Shown: piece after piece, positions 32,664 to 43,431 of the stretch
Position numbering within the stretch: the stretch's first letter is position 1
Layout: every line of letters begins with the position of its first letter
Source: Kofleriaceae bacterium
Lineage (GTDB): Bacteria > Myxococcota_A > Polyangia > Haliangiales > Haliangiaceae
Length of the DNA stretch: 64,000 bases
Assembly (NCBI GenBank): GCA_965215005.1
Contig: CBDCCZ010000054.1
Span: forward strand, 1 to 64,000
Direction: 5' to 3'
Notes under the pieces: model-generated
What the model saw: only the letters and a program-made list of their open reading frames with translations
Told to the model about the DNA's origin: nothing
The model's database searches: none
Made by a program: the position numbers and the translations under genes

Positions 32664-32807
32664 ATGGCCAAGCGCAGCAAGTCTATCGAAGCCGTCAAAC
32701 CGCTCGTCAAACGGGCTCCCATCGCCAAGCGCGGCAAGAAGAAAGCCGGGAAGGCACCGTCACCCCCCGCAGCACTTCCCGAGCCCATCGCCACGTTCCA
32801 GCTGTAG
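32664..32807 (+). CDS. Small basic protein, 47 aa (not in ORF track)
   Basis: MAKRSKSIEAVKPLVKRAPIAKRGKKKAGKAPSPPAALPEPIATFQL*; SD AGGGGA; TTGACA-N18-TACGTT upstream. Confidence 0.6.
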   Translation: MAKRSKSIEAVKPLVKRAPIAKRGKKKAGKAPSPPAALPEPIATFQL

Positions 32808-33001
32808 CGTCTGCTGCGGCGCCGCGCGGAAGGCAATCGATTCGAATCTGGGCTCCGGCCGGATGACAAGGCGCGAAGAACGCGCGTAGCAGGCCTGCCC
32901 GACCGACGAGCAGCGTCGCCAGGGTAAATGGCGGCGTTTGGAACGAGACACGTGCGCGCGACGCTTCGTCTCGCGGACCGCGACGGGTCGCCGTTCGGAC
33001 G

Positions 33002-33727
33002 TTAGTCAGCCGAAGGCTCGCCCGCTGCGTCGAGAAGGATGCGCTCGAGGCGGAGCGCGTCGGGGTATTTGGTGGCGTGGGCGAAGACGATCCAGGCGCG
33101 CTCATAGCCGGCCGCTAGCTCGACAAGCTCCGCGAGCGCATAGTCGTCAAAGCGGCGTGCGCCCAGGCCGAGCCCTTTCACTCGAAAATACGCAGCTTCG
33201 GTGGGCAGATTGGCCCATAGCGCTGCGCCGGGGCCAAGCGGATCATTGGTGAGAGGGTCGCAAGCCAGGCATACGCCGAGCGTGCCCGCAAACCCCGCGG
33301 CAGCTTCCGGCTCCCACAACCCCGCAGGCTCCCAGACCATCGTGCGGTCGCCGAGCTGCGCCGGCGCCAGGTCACGGAAAAACGCTGTCATGCGCTCACG
33401 ATTGCCGGTGGACGGGGTGAACGAGGCGGGGGTTTGGAACACGAGGGCCTCGGCGTCGAGTCGAGACGCTGCGTCCGCCAGCGCGGCGAGTGCGGACGTC
33501 GTGGTCTCGGTGGCCGCAAACCCGGCGGCGCCGATTGCCGGCGGCGCCACCAGCGCGAAGCGATGCGCCGGCGAGGCTTCCTGCCGCCAGCTATCGAGGA
33601 CCGACGGGCGCGGCGGCGTGCCGGTGAGAGCATCGCATTCCCAAAAACGCAGCTTTTCGAACACGCGCTGACGTCGGAGCCCCGGCGCCAGTCCCGCGAT
33701 TCCGGCGCGGATGGGATGATCAGCCAC
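33002..33727 (-). CDS. DUF72-like protein
   Basis: LVFQTPASFTP, VWEP, DP, YFRVKG pattern typical of DUF72. Confidence 0.7.
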   Translation of the reverse strand: MADHPIRAGIAGLAPGLRRQRVFEKLRFWECDALTGTPPRPSVLDSWRQEASPAHRFALVAPPAIGAAGFAATETTTSALAALADAASRLDAEALVFQTPASFTPSTGNRERMTAFFRDLAPAQLGDRTMVWEPAGLWEPEAAAGFAGTLGVCLACDPLTNDPLGPGAALWANLPTEAAYFRVKGLGLGARRFDDYALAELVELAAGYERAWIVFAHATKYPDALRLERILLDAAGEPSAD

Positions 33728-33765
33728 GGATTGACTCCCTTTGGGGCGCTGCGTAGAGTGCGCCT

Positions 33766-33999
33766 GTGTCGCCGGCCGATTTCGAGCGCAATCTGGCGCG
33801 CCTGGCCGAGCTCGCTGCCGCGTTGCGGCGGCGGCTCGATGAACGGGAGCGAGGGTTGCGACGGTTGGGGACGGTCATCGACGAGCTCTGCGAGTTGGGC
33901 GCCGACCGCGTCCACGTCCAGGAGTCGCGGCCGGCCGAAAGCGGCGGCAACCCTACGCTCGACATCCGAGCGACGCAAGTGGAGGCCTCGAGCAAATGA
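33766..33999 (+). CDS. Small hypothetical coiled-coil protein
   Basis: 77 aa, heptad-like; stop overlaps the fsa start (ATGA). Confidence 0.45.
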   Translation: MSPADFERNLARLAELAAALRRRLDERERGLRRLGTVIDELCELGADRVHVQESRPAESGGNPTLDIRATQVEASSK

Positions 34000-34640
34000 A
34001 GTTCTTCATCGACACAGCCGACATCGGCGAAATCAAAGAAGCGGCGGCGATGGGGATCATCGACGGCGTCACCACCAACCCCAGCCTCGTGGCCAAGACC
34101 GGACGCAAGTTCCGCGACGTGCTGCTCGAGATCTGCGACATCGTCAAAGGGCCCGTTTCGGCGGAGGTGGTGACCCTCTCGTGCGACGAGATGATGAAGG
34201 AAGCGCGCGAGCTGGCGGCACTGCGACCCAACATCGTGGTCAAGATTCCGCTGATTCCTGAGGGTCTCAAGGCGGTGAAGCTGTGTGCCGAGGAAGGCAT
34301 TCGCACCAACGTCACCCTTTGTTTCTCGGCCACCCAGGCGCTGCTCGCCGCCAAGGCCGGGGCGTCTTACATCTCGCCATTCGTTGGGCGCGTCGACGAC
34401 ATCGGCGGCGAGGGCATGGAAACCGTTGCCGACATCGTGCAGATCTATCGCAACTACGGGTTTGAGACCGAGGTGCTCGTGGCCTCGGTGCGGCATCCGG
34501 TGCATGTTTTGGAGTCGGCCCGAATGGGTGCGCACGTGGCGACGTGTCCGCTCAAGGTCCTGCTGCAGCTCACGCAGCATCCGCTTACCGACGCTGGTCT
34601 CGAGCGCTTTCTGGACGACTGGAAGAATGTGCCGCAGTAG
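33996..34640 (+). CDS. fsa: Transaldolase / fructose-6-phosphate aldolase (TalC/Fsa type)
   Basis: [35 protein letters not shown]. Confidence 0.95.
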   Translation: MKFFIDTADIGEIKEAAAMGIIDGVTTNPSLVAKTGRKFRDVLLEICDIVKGPVSAEVVTLSCDEMMKEARELAALRPNIVVKIPLIPEGLKAVKLCAEEGIRTNVTLCFSATQALLAAKAGASYISPFVGRVDDIGGEGMETVADIVQIYRNYGFETEVLVASVRHPVHVLESARMGAHVATCPLKVLLQLTQHPLTDAGLERFLDDWKNVPQ

Positions 34641-34742
34641 CGCTATCGGCGCGACTTGAATGGCAAGTCGGCGCGCGACCTGCTGCCCGCGTTGCGGTTT
34701 GCGCGGCGCGTGGCAGTAGCGTCCGTTCGGCTCGTCGCGTAC

Positions 34743-35381
34743 TCATCGATATGGCGAGGGTCCATCGGCGCGGCGAAAGCCTTCGAAGCCGAGGCGAATT
34801 AGCTGCTGAACGAGCTCGGCGGGGCTGGGAAATTGGCTCGGGTCATCGGCCACTGCCAGCAGAACGCGCTCGACCATGCCGATGTGCGCGTACGCGGTGA
34901 GCATCGGATCGACCTCGCGGACAATCCCTAGCTCGATCGCGACCTCGATGTTGCGCGCTTCAACCGCGGCGAGATCGCGGTAAAAGCCGCGCATCAGTGC
35001 GCTGAGCTGCGGGTCGGGGCCCATCGACTCGCGATACGCGAGCCGCGCGAGCTCGCGGTTGGCTACGACGACCTCCATCAGCTCGAAGGCCGCCGTCTCG
35101 GCGCGGCGGAAAAATTCCACGTGGCTCTGGGCGCCCTCGGCGACGGAGCCACCCACCTTCTGGATGAGCTGCAAGAAGCCGCGGATTACCTCGTGATAGA
35201 TCTCGCGCTTCTCGCTGAAGTAGAGATAGAAGGTGCCCTTGGCGACGCCCGCTCCACGGGTGATGTCATCGACGGTGGTGGCGTGATAGCCCTTGGCGCT
35301 AAACAGCTCGCGGGCGGCGTCTAGCAGGTTTTGGCGGCGCTTGCTCGCGCTAACGGACTGCGTTGGCTTGGCCTTCGCCAT
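34743..35381 (-). CDS. TetR/AcrR family regulator
   Basis: KGYHATTVDDITRGAGVAKGTFYLYF. Confidence 0.93.
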   Translation of the reverse strand: MAKAKPTQSVSASKRRQNLLDAARELFSAKGYHATTVDDITRGAGVAKGTFYLYFSEKREIYHEVIRGFLQLIQKVGGSVAEGAQSHVEFFRRAETAAFELMEVVVANRELARLAYRESMGPDPQLSALMRGFYRDLAAVEARNIEVAIELGIVREVDPMLTAYAHIGMVERVLLAVADDPSQFPSPAELVQQLIRLGFEGFRRADGPSPYR

Positions 35382-35573
35382 CGCCGATCATCTTTGCGCC
35401 GCCGGCGCAGCGGGTCAAGCGGCACTCTCGCACCGCTGTGTTACCGTTTGCGCCATGCTCGAGGCTAGAGCTTCGTGGTGGGCGAGCGGCGATCGCCGGG
35501 GAGTGCGCCGTAGCTCGCGCGTGATACCTGGCGACGCAGACTCTCGATCATCGGCGCCGCAGGAATCGCCGCC

Positions 35574-36038
35574 ATGACCACGCGAACGGCGTTTTCGGTG
35601 GCCGTCTACGCGCGCCGTGGCGGTCTCGGCGGGCCGGTGTTGGTCATCGCGCACCGTCGATTGGCGACCTGGCTGCCCGTGGGTGGGGAGATGGAAGTAG
35701 GGGAGACGCCGCGGCAGGCTGCGGAGCGCGAGCTGTTCGAGGAGACCGGGCTGACGGGCAGCTTTCCGCCGCTGCAAGGCGCGCTCGACGGGGTGCCTGC
35801 GGGCTTGCTCGGCTACGAAGAACATCTTGCGGGCGCCAAGGGGCTGCACCTGAACTTCGTCTTCGTCGCCGACGTCGCCGCCACCGCCGAGGTGCGGCCA
35901 AACCACGAGTTCACGGCCTTCCGCTGGGTCGAGCGAGTCGCGCTCTCGCAGCTCGACTCGCCACTGAACGTGCGCCAGTTCGGCTATCTGGCTCTCGATG
36001 CACGGCCGGCGGTGGTCACGGCCGCGCAATCGCGCTAG
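35574..36038 (+). CDS. NUDIX hydrolase
   Basis: Nudix box GGEMEVGETPRQAAERELFEETG. Confidence 0.93.
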   Translation: MTTRTAFSVAVYARRGGLGGPVLVIAHRRLATWLPVGGEMEVGETPRQAAERELFEETGLTGSFPPLQGALDGVPAGLLGYEEHLAGAKGLHLNFVFVADVAATAEVRPNHEFTAFRWVERVALSQLDSPLNVRQFGYLALDARPAVVTAAQSR

Positions 36039-36073
36039 AAGGGCGCTGCCGGCTCCAGGCGCGGCAGGAAACC

Positions 36074-36748
36074 ATGGGTGCTCGGCCCCGCATACGCCAA
36101 CACGTCAACCCGCTTGCCACTCGCTTCGCCGAGATGGATGTCACCCCGCCGCGGCTGCCGCGGGGGGGCAGCGTCGAGCTCGAGATAGGCTGTGCCGATG
36201 CGCAGTTCTTGTTCGAGCGCGCGGCGGTCAAGTCAGGTTGTTACATAGGCCTCGAGATCCGCGAAGAGCTCGTGCACGCGGTCAACCAGCAGGCGCGCGC
36301 GGCGGCGCTGCCTATCGAGGCGATCTTTTGCCACGCCAATCTTCACCTGGAGCGGTTGTTTGCGCCTGGCCGGGTCGACCGCGTGTTTCTCAACTTTCCC
36401 GACCCATGCTTCAAGAAGCGTCACCGCAAGCGGCGAATGATCGATGACGGGCTGGGGCGGGCGATTCACCGGGTGCTCGCGCCGGAGGGAGAGCTGTTCT
36501 TTCAAAGCGACGTTTGGGAGGTCGCTCTCGCGGTGATGGACGTGTTCGAGCGGCTCGATTCACTCTTTGCGAATCAAGCCGGACCGTGGTCGTTCTGGAA
36601 GCACGGCAATCCCTACGGCGCCAAGTCGTGGCGCGAACGGTACGTGGAAGGGCAGTCGCTGCCGGTGTGGCGGCTGTTGTATCGCCCGCGCCCGGGGGCC
36701 GTCACTCCGCGGCCAGCTCCATCGCCGAAGGCTCCGGCGCCAGGCTGA
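36074..36748 (+). CDS. trmB: tRNA (guanine-N7)-methyltransferase
   Basis: [34 protein letters not shown]. Confidence 0.92.
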   Translation: MGARPRIRQHVNPLATRFAEMDVTPPRLPRGGSVELEIGCADAQFLFERAAVKSGCYIGLEIREELVHAVNQQARAAALPIEAIFCHANLHLERLFAPGRVDRVFLNFPDPCFKKRHRKRRMIDDGLGRAIHRVLAPEGELFFQSDVWEVALAVMDVFERLDSLFANQAGPWSFWKHGNPYGAKSWRERYVEGQSLPVWRLLYRPRPGAVTPRPAPSPKAPAPG

Positions 36749-38753
36749 GCTCGATTTCCTCGAGCTCTCGAGCGCGGTCGCGAAGTTGGGCGGCGCGCTC
36801 GAACGCGAGATCTTTGGCGGCCTCGCGCATCTCACGGCGCAAACGGTCGATGTTGGCGCGCAGCTCGCGCTGGCTGTGGATGTCGATCTTGTGGATGGTC
36901 TCGGCCGCGCGACTCACGTCGGCGTAGTCGCCCTCGGCGGCCTCGCGAGGTAGCTCGAAGATGGCGCGGGACGCCGAGCGTGGCGTGATGCCGTGCTCGG
37001 CGTTGTAGCTCTTTTGCACTTCCCGCCGCCGCTCGGTTTCATCGATGGCCGCGCGCATCGAGGCGGTGATACGCGCGGCGTAGAGGATGACGCGCCCGTG
37101 CAGGTTGCGTGCAGCGCGACCGATGGTCTGGATGAGCGAGCGCGTCGAGCGCAGAAAGCCTTCCTTGTCGGCGTCGAGAATTGCCACCAGCGACACCTCG
37201 GGGATGTCGAGCCCCTCGCGCAGCAGGTTGATTCCGACGAGCACGTCGAACGCGCCACGGCGTAAGTCGCGGATGAGCTCGATGCGCTCGAGCGTGTCTA
37301 CCTCCGAGTGCAGGTACTTCACCTTGACGCCTAGGTCCGTGTAGTACTCGGTCAGATCCTCGGCCATGCGTTTGGTGAGCGTGGTGACCAGAACCCGCTC
37401 TTTACGCTCCACTCGCAGGCGAATCTCGTGCAGCAGATCATCCACCTGCTCGCCCACCGGCCGCACCTCGAGCTCGGGATCGAGCAGCCCTGTGGGCCGG
37501 ATGATTTGCTCTACCACCACGCCTTGGGCCTTCTGCAGCTCGAACTCAGCCGGGGTGGCGCTCACGTGCACGCATTGGTGGACCCGCTGCTCCCATTCAT
37601 CGAAACGCAGCGGCCGATTATCCAGCGCGCTGGGCAACCGGAACCCGAAGTCGACCAACGTCTCTTTGCGCGAGCGGTCGCCGCGATACATGGCGCCGAT
37701 CTGCGGGATGGTCTGGTGAGATTCGTCGACGAAGCAGAGGAAATCGTCGGGAAAATAGTCGATGAGGGTAGGGGGCGGCTCGCCGGGCGCCCGGCCGGTG
37801 ATGTGTCGCGAGTAGTTCTCGATGCCGGTGCAAAAGCCCATCTGCTCGAGACACTCTAGGTCATACATCGTGCGTTGCTCGAGCCGCTGGCGCTCGAGTA
37901 GCCGCTGCTCTTGCCCGAGCTGCGTGAGTCGCTCGCGCAACTCGACGCGGATCGATTCGACGGCGCGGCGCAGCTGGTCAGCCGGCGTAGCGAAGTGAGA
38001 AGCCGGAAAGATGGCGGTCGACTCGATGGCGCGCTTGACCTTGCCGCGGAGCGGGTCGATTTCCGAGATGCTCTCGATGTCGTCGCCAAACCACTCGATG
38101 CGCACCGCGGTGTCGAGCTCGTAGGCCGGAAACACCTCAACGGTATCCCCGCGCACGCGAAAGGTGCCGCGGTGAAAGTCGTAGTCGTTGCGCTCGTACT
38201 GGAGCTCGACCAAGCGCCGCAGGATGCTGTCGCGCGAGACCTCGGCGCCGACCTCCACGGGGCAGGTCATGGAGGCGTAGACTTCTTGCGCGCCGATACC
38301 ATAGATGCAGGAAACCGAGGCCACGATGATGACGTCGCGTCGCGATAGCAGCGCGTAGGTAGCAGCGTGGCGCATGCGATCGATCTCATCGTTGATGAGC
38401 GAGTCTTTCTCGATAAAGGTATCGGTCGTTGGGACGTATGCTTCGGGTTGGTAATAGTCGTAGTAGCTAACGAAGTAGTGAACGGCGTTGTCGGGGAACA
38501 GGTCGCGAAACTCGCCGTAGAGCTGCGCCGCCAAGGTCTTGTTGGGCGCCATGATCAGCGCCGGTCGGCCGGTGCGCTCGATGACGTTGGCGACGGTGAA
38601 GGTCTTGCCCGAGCCGGTGATGCCCAGGAGCACTTGGTGGGGGTCGGAGCGCGCCAGACCTGCTACGAGCTCATCGATCGCCCGCGGCTGATCGCCGGTG
38701 GGCTCGAAGGGCGACACCAAGCGAAACGGGCTTTGATTGACGCGGGCAGCCAT
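36702..38753 (-). CDS. uvrB: Excinuclease ABC subunit B
   Basis: [40 protein letters not shown]-terminal UVR domain. Confidence 0.98.
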   Translation of the reverse strand: MAARVNQSPFRLVSPFEPTGDQPRAIDELVAGLARSDPHQVLLGITGSGKTFTVANVIERTGRPALIMAPNKTLAAQLYGEFRDLFPDNAVHYFVSYYDYYQPEAYVPTTDTFIEKDSLINDEIDRMRHAATYALLSRRDVIIVASVSCIYGIGAQEVYASMTCPVEVGAEVSRDSILRRLVELQYERNDYDFHRGTFRVRGDTVEVFPAYELDTAVRIEWFGDDIESISEIDPLRGKVKRAIESTAIFPASHFATPADQLRRAVESIRVELRERLTQLGQEQRLLERQRLEQRTMYDLECLEQMGFCTGIENYSRHITGRAPGEPPPTLIDYFPDDFLCFVDESHQTIPQIGAMYRGDRSRKETLVDFGFRLPSALDNRPLRFDEWEQRVHQCVHVSATPAEFELQKAQGVVVEQIIRPTGLLDPELEVRPVGEQVDDLLHEIRLRVERKERVLVTTLTKRMAEDLTEYYTDLGVKVKYLHSEVDTLERIELIRDLRRGAFDVLVGINLLREGLDIPEVSLVAILDADKEGFLRSTRSLIQTIGRAARNLHGRVILYAARITASMRAAIDETERRREVQKSYNAEHGITPRSASRAIFELPREAAEGDYADVSRAAETIHKIDIHSQRELRANIDRLRREMREAAKDLAFERAAQLRDRARELEEIELSLAPEPSAMELAAE

Positions 38754-38805
38754 GGCAGCGGGCAAGGGTAGCAGCAAACTCGTAGATGGATACGATAGAG
38801 CCGCG

Positions 38806-39459
38806 ATGCGGAGAACTTCAGTAGACCCACGGCTGCAGCTCCTGCGCGGCTTCTACGCGATCGTCGATCGGTATGACGAGGCCTTGGTACATGCGCTGTT
38901 GGCGCACGCATCCGTCGTGCAGCTTCGGCTAAAGCCGCCAGTGCCTGTTTCCACCCGCGAGCTGCTGGCTACGGCGCGCTGGCTGCGAGCCGCGAGCCGG
39001 CAGCAGCGAGCGCTGCTTGTCATCAATGACCGGCTCGACATCGCACTGGCAGTGGAAGCGGACGCGGTGCATCTCGGCCAGACGGATCTGCCCGCGGAGG
39101 TGGCGCGGCGGGTGGCAGCGAGCGCTGGTCGACCCGACCTACTCATTGGGGTATCGACGCACAATCGCGCGCAGGTGCGCCAGGCGGTGGCTGATGGTGC
39201 CGACTACCTCGGCTACGGTCCGGTATTCGTCACGGCGACCAAAGCCAACCCCGACCCGGTGCAGGGAGTCGAGGCGCTGGCCGCGGCCGTTGCGGCGGCC
39301 GGCGCTACGCCCGTGGTCGCCATCGGTGGGGTCACAGCGGAAACGGTGGCGGCCGTACGCGACGCCGGCGCTGCGGCGGCATGCTGCGTTGCGGCGGTCA
39401 ACGGTGCAGCAGATCCCGCACTGGCGGCGCAGCAGTTTCGCGCTGCGTGGGCGGGCTAA
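38806..39459 (+). CDS. thiE: Thiamine-phosphate synthase (start uncertain)
   Basis: [38 protein letters not shown]. Confidence 0.93.
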   Translation: MRRTSVDPRLQLLRGFYAIVDRYDEALVHALLAHASVVQLRLKPPVPVSTRELLATARWLRAASRQQRALLVINDRLDIALAVEADAVHLGQTDLPAEVARRVAASAGRPDLLIGVSTHNRAQVRQAVADGADYLGYGPVFVTATKANPDPVQGVEALAAAVAAAGATPVVAIGGVTAETVAAVRDAGAAAACCVAAVNGAADPALAAQQFRAAWAG

Positions 39460-39636
39460 CGGCGGCTACAAGGCAAGCTCAGGTTTCGAGTTGGCGATGT
39501 AACCTTGACGGCGCTGGCCGCGTCGATCGAGGCACGCGCTTTGCGCTACGTTCGTCAACGCTTGCGGCTGAATAGCGGACGGCACGAAGCCGTCTGAGCA
39601 ACGGCCGCTCTGGCCCACATACAAGCTCGAGGAACC

Positions 39637-39939
39637 ATGGCCAAGTATATTCTTTCTACGTTTGCAACGATTGCCGTCGCCGTCATCGGATTTGCTTCGC
39701 TACCTGCCGCCGAAGCCGCCGATGCTTGCCAGCACAAAAGCTTCAAGTCCGAGCTCATCAAAGAAGCGTGTGCCAGTGGCGGCCAGAAGGCTGCCAAGAA
39801 GGCGATGAAGGACTTCGTCAAAGACGCCAAGAAAAAGCAGGACGGGCTCGACTGCGAGAGCTGTCACAGCAGTCTCTCGCCAAAGTACGAGCTCAAGAGC
39901 GACGCGTTCGAACGCTTCAAGAAGCTCGGCGGCAAGTAA
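39637..39939 (+). CDS. Small exported monoheme c-type cytochrome
   Basis: Signal peptide (AEA), CESCH heme motif, Lys-rich; SD GAGG. Confidence 0.8.
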   Translation: MAKYILSTFATIAVAVIGFASLPAAEAADACQHKSFKSELIKEACASGGQKAAKKAMKDFVKDAKKKQDGLDCESCHSSLSPKYELKSDAFERFKKLGGK

Positions 39940-39953
39940 CGCCGAGTCGCCGG

Positions 39954-40023
39954 CCGGGATGAGATGGCCCGTTGTGGACGCCGTTTCATCCCGGCTGGCA
40001 AAGCTAGGTGGGATGAAACGGCG
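39954..40023. terminator. Inverted-repeat element between convergent genes (14-bp perfect stem)
   Basis: CGCCGTTTCATCCC 39979-39992 / GGGATGAAACGGCG 40010-40023; third copy at 39954-39968. Confidence 0.6.
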
Positions 40024-40026
40024 GGG

Positions 40027-40287
40027 TCAGCTGCGCGAGGCTGCTTCGAAGCGGGTGGTCTTCACACGCTTTCGAATCGTGCCGACCAGCATCAGTAGCC
40101 ACAGAGCGCCGAGGACCAGGCCGATGCCGATCCAGCCGGGCTCGCGCTGTTGCCAGCCGCGGATCACCAGCGCGTAGGCCATGGCGGCGGTGAGGACCAG
40201 CGCGCTGAGAATCACCGTTACCAATGGTAGGAACATCGCGACGGCGGCGAGCTTCTTACCCGCGCTCGGAGGCGTCGAAGCTCGCAT
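40027..40287 (-). CDS. Small two-TM membrane protein
   Basis: Two hydrophobic helices, basic tail, SD GGAG. Confidence 0.6.
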   Translation of the reverse strand: MRASTPPSAGKKLAAVAMFLPLVTVILSALVLTAAMAYALVIRGWQQREPGWIGIGLVLGALWLLMLVGTIRKRVKTTRFEAASRS

Positions 40288-40440
40288 TTCAAGGCTCTCC
40301 GCCGGCATGTGCCGGCTGCGTGGAAGCGCTGCGTCGCAAGGCACTGCAGCTATGAGCGGAGGAACTTGACGCGGGCACCGCGCGCTGCCCGCTCGTCTCA
40401 ACGCAGTGCATCAGCGAGTCCAACATCGGCACGTCCAGGC

Positions 40441-41268
40441 TCAGCTTTCACACTTTTTGCTGTTGCTACTGTCGCCCCGCAGCTCTCGGTCTTTGGCTTT
40501 GGCTTTGTTGCTGAAGCTCGAGCGCGGATACTTCTGCCGCAGCAGGCCGAAGTAGGCGCGCGCCTCGGTGCAGTGTTTGAGTGCTTGCGCGGCCTCGCCG
40601 GCGCGAAATAGCGCGTCGTCGGCAAGCGAGCTCTTTTCCCACTTGGTCCAGACTCGTTGAAACTCTGTGATCGCTGGATCGTGCTGGCGCTCGCGCAGAT
40701 ACGACTCGGCAAGCATGTACTGCGCGTTATCAGCGCGCTCGTAGCCGGGATACCTGACGACCACCCGCTTGAGCAGCTCTCGGGCGGCTTCGAAGTTGCC
40801 AGCTTCGAACGCCGCTTTGCCCTTTTCGAACGCTTCGCCCGCGGTCTCGGTGATGGGCGAGCCGTTCTTCTCGAGCGCCGCTATTCGGGCTGCCAGCGCG
40901 CTGAGCTGTTCTTGCAACAGCTGCTGCTCGGACTTCATCGCGGCGACCTCGGTCTGCACCTCATCGGTGTAGCGTTTGGCAGCCGTTAGCAGCCCGCGCA
41001 TGGAGCGCATCTCCGCGGATAAGCCCTCGACGTCGGCCCCTAGGTCGGCGCTGTTGCGCTTGAGCACCCCGGTGGCCTCATCGATCACTTCCTGAAGCCG
41101 TTTGACCTTGGTCTCGACGGTCTCTTCTTTGGTAGAGACCCGTTGCTGCAGCTGATTGACGTCTTTTTGCAGGGCCTCGCCCTCGCTCTTTGTGGTCACC
41201 CAGAAGCAGCCGCCGAGCGTGGTGCTGGCGACCAGAAGCAGACTGCAAACGATGAGCTTCATGGTCAT
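40441..41268 (-). CDS. cpoB: CpoB/YbgF-like coiled-coil + TPR lipoprotein
   Basis: Lipobox LGGC, coiled coil, ADNAQYMLAESY / ADDALFRAG TPRs; ATGA-coupled to the pal-like gene. Confidence 0.8.
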   Translation of the reverse strand: MTMKLIVCSLLLVASTTLGGCFWVTTKSEGEALQKDVNQLQQRVSTKEETVETKVKRLQEVIDEATGVLKRNSADLGADVEGLSAEMRSMRGLLTAAKRYTDEVQTEVAAMKSEQQLLQEQLSALAARIAALEKNGSPITETAGEAFEKGKAAFEAGNFEAARELLKRVVVRYPGYERADNAQYMLAESYLRERQHDPAITEFQRVWTKWEKSSLADDALFRAGEAAQALKHCTEARAYFGLLRQKYPRSSFSNKAKAKDRELRGDSSNSKKCES

Positions 41269-41957
41269 TTCCACTTGAATTCGACCCGTCTATCGCGGTC
41301 TTCGCCGGCGCCGGCGGGCACGGTCTCGCCTTTGGGAACTACGTGAAAGCGGGCCGGGTCGACGCCGAGGCGGGCCAGATAGTCCGCCACCGTCTGCGCG
41401 CGCCGTTCTGAAAGCGCGATGTTGTATTCCTCGGTGCCGCTGGCATCGGTGTGGCCCTCGATGAAAACGCCGCGCGCGGGCGGCGCCTTCTGAATGCACT
41501 GCGCGGTGCCGCTTAGAGTCTCGCGAGCTTCCGGCCGAACCGACGCGTCGTCGAAGTCGAAGTAAACGGTGGTGAGCGCGCAGTCGAGGTTGGGATCGGT
41601 CTCGTTCATCCACGGGCGCTGACACTTGTTTTCGACGCAGTCTTCATCGTCCTCGCAGTCCTCGTTGCGGTCGCAGTAGCCCGGTTGACTGCGCGGATCG
41701 ACCTCGGAGACCGCATCGGGATCGGCGACACACGCGCCCAACTTGCAGACCTGCCCGCTGGCGCAGTGGTCGTCTTGGCCGCACTGCTGGCAGCGCTTGT
41801 TCACGCAGTGCTCGCCCTCACGGCAGTCCTTGTCCTTGCCGCACGTGGGATATTTCAGCTTCTTGTCGCCGCAACCGCCGGCCAGCGCCGCGAGCAGCCC
41901 TGCCACGAGAAGTACGACGCAGGTCCAATGGCGATCCCGCTCGAAGATGATGCGCAT
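41265..41957 (-). CDS. pal: Pal/OmpA-family peptidoglycan-binding lipoprotein with Cys-rich N-terminal repeats
   Basis: AGGC lipobox; VYFDFD, IEGHTD..GTEEYNIALSERRA, DRRVEF. Confidence 0.85.
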   Translation of the reverse strand: MRIIFERDRHWTCVVLLVAGLLAALAGGCGDKKLKYPTCGKDKDCREGEHCVNKRCQQCGQDDHCASGQVCKLGACVADPDAVSEVDPRSQPGYCDRNEDCEDDEDCVENKCQRPWMNETDPNLDCALTTVYFDFDDASVRPEARETLSGTAQCIQKAPPARGVFIEGHTDASGTEEYNIALSERRAQTVADYLARLGVDPARFHVVPKGETVPAGAGEDRDRRVEFKWK

Positions 41958-42063
41958 ACTGCCGCGAACGGTATGCGCGGTCGCGCCACGAGTCAATGTC
42001 TGAGGTGGGCGTCGCGGCGGGTGGAAGCATCCTCGCGGGTCGGCTGTTATGGTCGTATCGTTC

Positions 42064-43425
<1,362 letters not shown>

Positions 43426-43431
43426 AGCTGC

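Noticed and set aside
36702..36748. Convergent 47-bp overlap of trmB and uvrB as a regulatory device
   Set aside because: Involves only low-complexity tails; common in GC-rich genomes
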